Assembly (NCBI GenBank): GCA_964540065.1
Contig: CAZIKY010000001.1
Coordinates: forward strand, 14,798-78,797
Direction of reading: 5' to 3'
DNA length: 64,000 nt
Origin: Candidatus Woesearchaeota archaeon
Lineage (GTDB): Archaea > Nanobdellota > Nanobdellia > Pacearchaeales > JAHJTO01
Position numbers and translations under genes: made by a program. Shown one piece after another: positions 1-5,424 of this stretch; within the stretch, counting starts at the first letter, position 1, and each line of letters opens with the position of its first letter. The notes below the pieces were generated by a model that worked only from the letters and a program-made list of their open reading frames with translations, was not told where the DNA came from and ran no database searches.

Positions 1-2
1 GA

Positions 3-182
3 AACTGCAGAGTTCCTGGAAAGATGAGAAGGAGATTATGGTTGAGAGAGGGGGATATCGTTCTTGTAGAGCCTTGGGAGCACCAAAGCGAGGAAAAAGG
101 CGATGTAATCTTCAAATACACTCCTACCGCAGTCCAATGGCTTAAAAAGAAAGGCTATATTAAAATCGAATCAGAATTCTAA
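3..182 (+). CDS. eif1a: translation initiation factor aIF-1A, 3' portion (5' end outside the window)
   Basis: Frame-3 translation ...VPGKMRRRLWLREGDIVLVEPWEHQSEEKGDVIFKYTPTAVQWLKKKGYIKIESEF* matches the conserved C-terminal OB-fold region of a/eIF-1A (REGDIVxV...GDIIxxY...QVxWL..KGY). Stop TAA at 180-182. Confidence 0.8.
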   Translation, partial: NCRVPGKMRRRLWLREGDIVLVEPWEHQSEEKGDVIFKYTPTAVQWLKKKGYIKIESEF

Positions 183-191
183 TTATTGAAG

Positions 192-911
192 ATGGCAAAT
201 AAAGAGATCTTCAAGACCTACAAAAATGTCTTTGATGAGAAAACAATCAAGGCAATTTGGTGGCTCATTACACACAGAAAATTTGAAGGTTTGGAAAGCC
301 CAATAAAGATTGGCAAAGAATCAAACATTTTCAGCGCATTAACGAACACAAATGAAAGAGTCGCAGTTAAAATCTTTAGGATAAACTCCTCTAATTTCTT
401 CAAGATGTCTAGGTATCTTGCAATGGATCCAAGGTTCAGAAAAGTTAGAAACATAAGAAGTGTAATAATGACCTGGGCAAAAAGGGAATTCATAAACTTA
501 ACACGAGCTTATGAAACCGGAGTAAAAGTTCCAAAGCCTATTGCAATAAGGGATAATGTGATAGTCATGGGTTTTATCGGGACTCAGCCCCCAGAACCAC
601 CTCAAGCAGCTCCTCTTCTGAAGGATAACTGCGAAAATCCGCAGGAGATTTACAATAATCTAATAAAGAATGTCAAAACCCTCTACAAGACTAAACTAGT
701 TCATGGGGATTTGAACGAATTCAATATGATAAATGATGATGGCGATCCAACAATCATCGACCTCTCACATGCTACTCCCATATCTTCTCCGGCAGCAGTT
801 CAGATCCTCGAAAGAGACATAGAAAACCTATGCCGATTCTTCAACAAAAAAGGTCTTAAACTGTCAAAAGAAGAGGTTTTCAAGGAAATAACCAAAAACA
901 GTGAAAATTAA
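192..911 (+). CDS. RIO-type serine protein kinase (Rio2-like catalytic domain; no N-terminal wHTH visible)
   Basis: ORF track 186..911 starts at TTG; the ATG at 192 is the more likely start. Motifs: IGKESNIF (GxGKES P-loop-like), VAVKIFR, catalytic loop LVHGDLNEFNMI, metal-binding IIDLSHA. Conserved archaeal neighbourhood aIF-1A - RIO - KH. Confidence 0.8.
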   Translation: MANKEIFKTYKNVFDEKTIKAIWWLITHRKFEGLESPIKIGKESNIFSALTNTNERVAVKIFRINSSNFFKMSRYLAMDPRFRKVRNIRSVIMTWAKREFINLTRAYETGVKVPKPIAIRDNVIVMGFIGTQPPEPPQAAPLLKDNCENPQEIYNNLIKNVKTLYKTKLVHGDLNEFNMINDDGDPTIIDLSHATPISSPAAVQILERDIENLCRFFNKKGLKLSKEEVFKEITKNSEN

Positions 912-935
912 AAACATTCGATCCCTATAAACAAA

Positions 936-1448
936 ATGGAAATAACTTTCGTTTCTGATGTAAATCGGGTAAAGAAATCAAAAATAGCTATAGAGAAAGC
1001 CATAGATGTCAAGCTCAACATCACCCCTGAAAAGGTTGAAATCAGCGGGGAAGACGGACTTGCAGAGCATATAGCTGTCCAAATAGTTGAGGCAATTGAT
1101 TTTGGATTCAAAACTACTGCTGCATTAAATCTTAAGAACGAGGAATTTATGTTTGAAAAAATAAGCATCAAAGATTATGTAAGGACAAGCAGGCTTCAGA
1201 CAATAAAAGGAAGAATCATAGGCAAGCAGGGAAGGGCGAAAGAGATTATCTCAGAATTAACTGATTGCGACATTGTAATAAAAGATTATTATGTTGGCAT
1301 AATAGGAAGAACCCATGATGTTATTGCAGCTACGAATGCTTTAAAAGATCTAATTCTGGGTCTCCCACATGCAAAAGTATATGCCTACCTGGAGAAAAGC
1401 AGGAGATTAAGGGAAGAAAAGTTCGAAGAAGAAGGCAGTTTGAAGTAA
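936..1448 (+). CDS. KH-domain RNA-binding protein (Dim2/Krr1-like)
   Basis: 170 aa with GXXG KH signature 'IIGKQGRAKEI' and a second KH-like segment. Immediately downstream of the RIO kinase, as is common in archaea. Confidence 0.65.
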   Translation: MEITFVSDVNRVKKSKIAIEKAIDVKLNITPEKVEISGEDGLAEHIAVQIVEAIDFGFKTTAALNLKNEEFMFEKISIKDYVRTSRLQTIKGRIIGKQGRAKEIISELTDCDIVIKDYYVGIIGRTHDVIAATNALKDLILGLPHAKVYAYLEKSRRLREEKFEEEGSLK

Positions 1449-1545
1449 TAAAAAGCTTTTTAATCCCCCTTTATTTAAAATTATTGAAGCCCGATTAGCT
1501 CAATACGGGAGCAAAATATATAAACTTGGAGCCCCTAAGTAAATT

Positions 1546-2316
1546 ATGTACTTAATCCTCAAAAAAGGAGAATTAAGAAAGATAATACGTTACTCTTTAG
1601 ATAAAGCTGGTGGAGTTAAAGCTTTGGTAGATAAAGTAAAAATACCTCCGAGTTCTATCTGGGAATATTATGCCGAGAGCAGGTCTATCAGGGGAGATCG
1701 GCTTAAAAAATTAGAAGAATATAGCGGCATAAAAATTAAAGAAACGGATATTCTTAAAAGCTTTCAAGATAATTGGAGGCAGATAAAAGGGGGAATTAAG
1801 GGAGTCAGGTTAAAGAAAGAAAATGGAACATTTGAAGAACAATTAAAATTTGCTCGCGAGAAGAATTCTGAAAAACTAAGACAATGGCATAAAAAAATGA
1901 AAGCTGAAAGGCCCGAGGAATATTATAAAATACAATATTCGCGATTTAAAAAAATAGGTTTGGACAAATTTACCACATTAAACGGTGAGAAAGTCAGAAA
2001 TTCTTTCGAGAAAGACGTAGCAGACATCCTATTTAAAAAAAGAATTTCTTACAAATATGAACCCTTGGTGGCTGTAGGAAAGAAAGCATTTTTCCCAGAT
2101 TTCTTATTGGATAATAATATTATAATTGAATGCACTATGTGGAGAGGAAGCGACAAAGCCATAAAACTAAGGAACAAAATTAGAAAGTTAGGTAAAAATT
2201 ATAAGGTCTTTGTAGTCATTCCAAAAAATTTATATAGCTACTATAAGATCCTTGATGATAACCTTATCCAAGGTTTAGAAGAGTTTGCCCGAGTAGCTCA
2301 GACTTTTAAATCTTAA
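1546..2316 (+). CDS. hypothetical protein; C-terminal region loosely resembles a PD-(D/E)xK-type nuclease fold
   Basis: 256-aa ORF, K-rich; C-terminal segment '...AFFPDFLLDNNIIIECTMWRG...' has an hhhD...E-like pattern but no clear catalytic Lys. The last ~10 codons overlap tRNA-Asn, which starts at 2287. Confidence 0.45.
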   Translation: MYLILKKGELRKIIRYSLDKAGGVKALVDKVKIPPSSIWEYYAESRSIRGDRLKKLEEYSGIKIKETDILKSFQDNWRQIKGGIKGVRLKKENGTFEEQLKFAREKNSEKLRQWHKKMKAERPEEYYKIQYSRFKKIGLDKFTTLNGEKVRNSFEKDVADILFKKRISYKYEPLVAVGKKAFFPDFLLDNNIIIECTMWRGSDKAIKLRNKIRKLGKNYKVFVVIPKNLYSYYKILDDNLIQGLEEFARVAQTFKS

Positions 2317-2430
2317 GTGATAAAAAGGAGCAACAGGTAGAGCAGCTGACTGTTATAAGTTGTTCGCCGAAGGATTATGGCGGACTTGCTGGAAATCAGC
2401 GGGTCGAAGGTTCGAGTCCTTCCTCGGGCG
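2287..2430 (+). tRNA. tRNA-Asn(GUU): tRNA-Asn (anticodon GUU) with a ~35-nt D-loop insertion and a 39-nt canonical 37/38 intron
   Basis: Acceptor GCCCGAG (2287-2293) pairs perfectly with CTCGGGC (2423-2429), discriminator G2430. D-stem GCTC(2296-2299)/GAGC(2340-2343) encloses a long insertion. Anticodon stem GCTGA(2345-2349)/TCAGC(2396-2400); loop CTGTTA + intron (2356-2394) + A gives CUGUUAA. T-arm GAAGG-TTCGAGT-CCTTC (2406-2422). No encoded CCA. Confidence 0.7.
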
Positions 2431-2445
2431 CTCTTAAAATTTAAA

Positions 2446-2817
2446 ATGAGGAAATTAGAATTATTAGAATGGGACCACGTGCAGGACACATATTATCTCG
2501 GGCCAAAAAATAAAAAGGTCAGAGTAAAACTTCTTGAAGAGCCACTCGTTCTTAAAATTAGAGGCAAAGTTCCTGAAGAAATTTTGTCCGGAGCGATTCA
2601 CGAAAGAGCTCCAAGAAGTGCTGAAGCCTATTTACTAGCGCGAATAGGAGAATCAAGATCTACGAGATATGGGGTAGCTTATTTCAAACTGCCAAAAGGG
2701 AGCCCCGATAAATCCATTAGTTTGTCCATGCAGGACTTATTCAAATTTCTAGGCCGTTCAAAAAAATCTTACCAGAATTACCTAAGAGCAATACAAGATA
2801 CAGAATCGGTTGCTTAG
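2446..2817 (+). CDS. hypothetical protein (start uncertain)
   Basis: ORF track gives 2377..2817, but 2377-2430 lies inside the tRNA-Asn exon/intron. The first ATG after the tRNA is 2446 (MRKLELLEW...). No recognisable domain. Confidence 0.3.
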   Translation: MRKLELLEWDHVQDTYYLGPKNKKVRVKLLEEPLVLKIRGKVPEEILSGAIHERAPRSAEAYLLARIGESRSTRYGVAYFKLPKGSPDKSISLSMQDLFKFLGRSKKSYQNYLRAIQDTESVA

Positions 2818-2819
2818 AA

Positions 2820-2963
2820 CTAGATCCCCATTCTCTGAAGGATCTGGTTTGACATCTTTACTATGTAATTTATCACTTCTTCATCCCTTGCTCCAGGATT
2901 CTCATTCTTATATTTCAAAGCAGTAGATACTGCCGCAACCATCGCCATCTTAACATCAGCCAT
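2820..2963 (-). CDS. small hypothetical protein (47 aa)
   Basis: MADVKMAMVAAVSTALKYKNENPGARDEEVINYIVKMSNQILQRMGI*. GGAGGT Shine-Dalgarno-like motif 8 nt upstream of the ATG (revcomp of 2961-2978). Below the 60-aa cutoff of the ORF track. Confidence 0.35.
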   Translation of the reverse strand: MADVKMAMVAAVSTALKYKNENPGARDEEVINYIVKMSNQILQRMGI

Positions 2964-3054
2964 CTTTTTTACCTCCAAATTTAATTCAAAAACTTTAAGT
3001 GATTTATATATCTTATGCAGAAATTTTTACCAATTTATAGAAGTATCAAAAGAT

Positions 3055-3876
3055 TTACAGTTTTATTCTTTCCCGGTATAAAGCTGCCCTATTAGCCTCT
3101 TCCTTTGTTCTTCCCGGAGAAAACAATCCTTTTATCTTTGAAAGAAGTCTAGGATCGTTATATCTCTCTCCTATCAGGCAAGCAGCTAATTTCTTGTATT
3201 CTACACTGAGGTCATGAGAAGGATCATATAAAGAAGCAGGAGTTGCGTTTGCAAGCGCCTCAAGAACCTTTTCACTTTCTGGAAGAACTGCAAGCACGGG
3301 AACTTCTGAAAGATCTTCTACATCTTTAAGAGTCAGCTCAAAATTTTTACCCCTTCTTTTGTTCAAAACTAAGCCAGTTATAGGAGTATTCTTCTGCTTA
3401 GCAAGTTTTATCGCTCTAACCGTGCAGCTAAGAGTAGGATAATCCGGAGAGGTAACGACAAGAAGTTCATCGCTTGCAAGCATTGTCGCAAGTATCTCTG
3501 AATTTAAAGTCGGCGAAGAATCTATCAAAACAACATCATAATTCTTTTTGAAATCTCTCAATTTTTTCTTCAAAGCATAAACATCTACACTTCCGGAAGA
3601 GACTAAAGATCCCGGCATAAAATGGAAGCCTGCATCGTGAATATATGTGGCCTTTTCGGGCGCAGCCTTGCCCAAGATAACATCATGCACAGTAGATTTT
3701 TCTGGCTTAACAACCCCCAGATGCAATCCAAGGTTCGGTGCAGAAAAATTAGCATCAACAATTAGAACTTTTTTATTAAATTGATTAGCGAGAACTGCCC
3801 CGAGATTTGTAGTGACAGTCGTCTTTCCGACACCGCCTTTAATTGAAATCACTCCGATAGTCTTCGACATTTTCAC
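3055..3876 (-). CDS. ParA/MinD-family P-loop ATPase (deviant Walker A)
   Basis: N-terminus ...IGVISIKGGVGKTTVTTNLGAVLA... (KGGxGKT deviant Walker A), followed by a Walker B-like 'VVLIDSSP'. No CxxC motif, so not an Mrp/ApbC Fe-S carrier. Last gene of the minus-strand cluster that starts with the giant surface-protein gene. Confidence 0.85.
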   Translation of the reverse strand: MKMSKTIGVISIKGGVGKTTVTTNLGAVLANQFNKKVLIVDANFSAPNLGLHLGVVKPEKSTVHDVILGKAAPEKATYIHDAGFHFMPGSLVSSGSVDVYALKKKLRDFKKNYDVVLIDSSPTLNSEILATMLASDELLVVTSPDYPTLSCTVRAIKLAKQKNTPITGLVLNKRRGKNFELTLKDVEDLSEVPVLAVLPESEKVLEALANATPASLYDPSHDLSVEYKKLAACLIGERYNDPRLLSKIKGLFSPGRTKEEANRAALYRERIKL

Positions 3877-3881
3877 CTTCT

Positions 3882-4781
3882 TTATTTGTAAACTTCTTTT
3901 ATTTCGCCGAGCATATAATGCCTGACTGAATTAGTTTTACTCTCCCCTTTCTTATCTAATTTATTGGGTTTTCCCTTTAATAAACCTTTCTCTTCACCGG
4001 GGACTTTCACCGACGGTGAAGGCTTAACAAAAGACAAAATTTTACTTGATCCGTTGGAGTCCATTTTCTTGGCCCCGATTACAAAATTCTTTTCATTTTG
4101 CACTTTTTTGGAAGGCTTATCATAAAGGTCTTTTATTTCTCCAGTTAATTTCTGTGAAGTCGTTTCTTTGTGGGGCTTTATCACTTTCTCAACCTTTGAG
4201 GCAATTTCCATAACCTTAGAAGGCTGAACCGAGGGCTGCTCAGATTTCTGCCTGCTTCTAAGATATTTCTCCTTTTCTTCTTGAACGATCGCAGAAACCC
4301 CTTTGTATTTGTCGGCTGCTAACCATCCTCTCCTTGGAATTGGAACTCCCTCATTCCTCTGTGAAAATGAAACGACTTGGCTCCTTTCACGAGGTTTCAT
4401 TATAGGATCCATTATAGCTGGACCGATTCCTCCAGAATGCTTGACAATCTTAAGCTCTCCAGAAGGCCCTTTTCGCAGATAGCTTCCAAGCTCCTTGTCA
4501 AATTTGCTTCTTTTCTTAAATGCGCCTAAAAGAGACAGAACTTCATTTTTAGAGCGATTTTTGACTCTCGAAATCTTATCTGAGAAAGGCTCTTCGACCC
4601 TAGTTCCGGGCATTATTCCGGAAATCTTTGAATGATTAGACCTCATAAGGTCTTTTTTAATTTCTTTATGTAATGGAGTTACATTTCTGACAACTTTTAA
4701 TTCTCTTCTAACTTCTCTTGGAATAAAATCTGCCTCCCCCTTTTTATTGGAAAAAAGTTTTCCTATAAATGAATTACTCAC
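3882..4781 (-). CDS. soluble basic protein paralogous to the cytoplasmic tail of the giant surface protein
   Basis: 299 aa, no TM. Segment LGSYLRKGPSGELKIVKHSGGIGPAIMDPIMKPRERSQVVSFSQRNEGVPIPRRGWLAADKYKG and C-terminal ...HYMLGEIKEVYK closely match residues near the C-terminus of the 6856-aa protein (...YLKKGPSGELKIVKPSGGIGPAIMDPIMKPRERSQIVSFSQRNEGVPIPRRGWFAADKYKG...EWMLGELKGVYD). DNA 4380-4470 is ~90% identical to 5880-5970. Confidence 0.7.
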   Translation of the reverse strand: MSNSFIGKLFSNKKGEADFIPREVRRELKVVRNVTPLHKEIKKDLMRSNHSKISGIMPGTRVEEPFSDKISRVKNRSKNEVLSLLGAFKKRSKFDKELGSYLRKGPSGELKIVKHSGGIGPAIMDPIMKPRERSQVVSFSQRNEGVPIPRRGWLAADKYKGVSAIVQEEKEKYLRSRQKSEQPSVQPSKVMEIASKVEKVIKPHKETTSQKLTGEIKDLYDKPSKKVQNEKNFVIGAKKMDSNGSSKILSFVKPSPSVKVPGEEKGLLKGKPNKLDKKGESKTNSVRHYMLGEIKEVYK

Positions 4782-4865
4782 AATCTTTCACCTCTTTCTA
4801 ATGTTCTTAGACCTAATGTAAATGAAGGATTTAGGGATATTAAAACCTTATTCTTTTCATGAAAA

Positions 4866-4882
4866 CTATGAATATTCATAGG
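4866..4882. promoter_or_regulatory. palindromic putative operator CTATGAATATTCATAGG upstream of gene 3882..4781
   Basis: Perfect 16-bp palindrome CTATGAATATTCATAG. Related copies sit upstream of two wHTH genes at 5159-5176 and 26306-26319. Confidence 0.5.
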
Positions 4883-4947
4883 AATATACCTCTTAATATT
4901 ATTACCTGTTAAAACCAATTCTGCATTCAGCAATAACCCTTTACCCA

Positions 4948-5142
4948 TCATCTCACAACCCATAAATTCACCCCTGCTTTTTTCATTCTTGTGACTTTTT
5001 CATCAAGTGCGAGCTCTAAAAGATGCTTTTCTGCAGTGTTCCATGAAACGCCAAATTCCTCGGCAATCTCGCTGGTTGTCACTACTTTAACCTTTCCCAC
5101 TTTCTCTATTATTTTCTTTTTTAGTTCACTAATTTGTACCAT
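4948..5142 (-). CDS. small winged-helix DNA-binding protein (paralog 1 of 3)
   Basis: 64 aa MVQISELKKKIIEKVGKVKVVTTSEIAEEFGVSWNTAEKHLLELALDEKVTRMKKAGVNLWVVR; helix-turn-helix plus wing pattern. ~75-80% identical to the proteins at 5227..5424 and 26043..26240. Preceded by a palindrome at 5159-5176. Confidence 0.7.
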   Translation of the reverse strand: MVQISELKKKIIEKVGKVKVVTTSEIAEEFGVSWNTAEKHLLELALDEKVTRMKKAGVNLWVVR

Positions 5143-5158
5143 CTTTTTTGTGAATAAA

Positions 5159-5176
5159 CCTATGAATACTCATAGG
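5159..5176. promoter_or_regulatory. palindromic putative operator CCTATGAATACTCATAGG upstream of wHTH gene 4948..5142
   Basis: Near-perfect palindrome (one central mismatch) in the 84-bp spacer between the two wHTH genes. Confidence 0.5.
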
Positions 5177-5226
5177 ACTATTAATATTAATATAACTATT
5201 AGCAAAACCTAAAATTCCATGCATTT

Positions 5227-5424
5227 TCATTTTACTACCCATAAATTCACCCCTGCTTTTTTCATCCTAGTAATTTTGCTATCAAGTGTAAGTTCAAGCA
5301 AATGCTTCTCTGCAGTGTTCCATGAAACCTTCAATTCTTCAGCGATTTCGCTTGTAGTGACTACTTTGGTCTTTTCAACAAGCTTCATTATTTCCTTTTT
5401 GAAATCACGGCTGTCCATTTTCAT
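5227..5424 (-). CDS. small winged-helix DNA-binding protein (paralog 2 of 3), start overlapping the stop of the giant gene
   Basis: 65 aa MKMDSRDFKKEIMKLVEKTKVVTTSEIAEELKVSWNTAEKHLLELTLDSKITRMKKAGVNLWVVK. ATG (5424-5422 on the minus strand) overlaps the TAA (5426-5424) of the 6856-aa ORF, giving TAATG. Confidence 0.7.
   Translation of the reverse strand: MKMDSRDFKKEIMKLVEKTKVVTTSEIAEELKVSWNTAEKHLLELTLDSKITRMKKAGVNLWVVK

Larger units (their letters stand above)
4840..5145. repeat. copy A of a ~300-bp direct-repeat cassette (palindromic operator plus wHTH gene)
   Basis: 4850-4975 aligns with 5140-5265; both end in ...cccataaattcacccctgcttttttcat.... The same unit recurs at 26020-26330. Confidence 0.6.

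Noticed and set aside
1449-1545. Possible full tRNA in the 1449-1545 spacer
   Set aside because: Only a 5' acceptor/D-arm-like 25-mer is present. No T-arm (GTTCRANYC) or matching 3' acceptor strand is found within 120 nt. Kept only as a low-interest observation.
2377-2445. 5' extension of ORF 2377..2817 (MADLLEISGSKVRVLPRALLKFK...)
   Set aside because: These codons lie inside the tRNA-Asn exon/intron (through 2430). A start at 2446 or no gene at all is more plausible.
4778-4963. 61-aa minus-strand ORF MGCEMMGKGLLLNAELVLTG...
   Set aside because: It spans the promoter/operator region (palindrome 4866-4882) that is a direct-repeat copy of 5143-5226, and it has low-complexity composition. More likely intergenic than coding.
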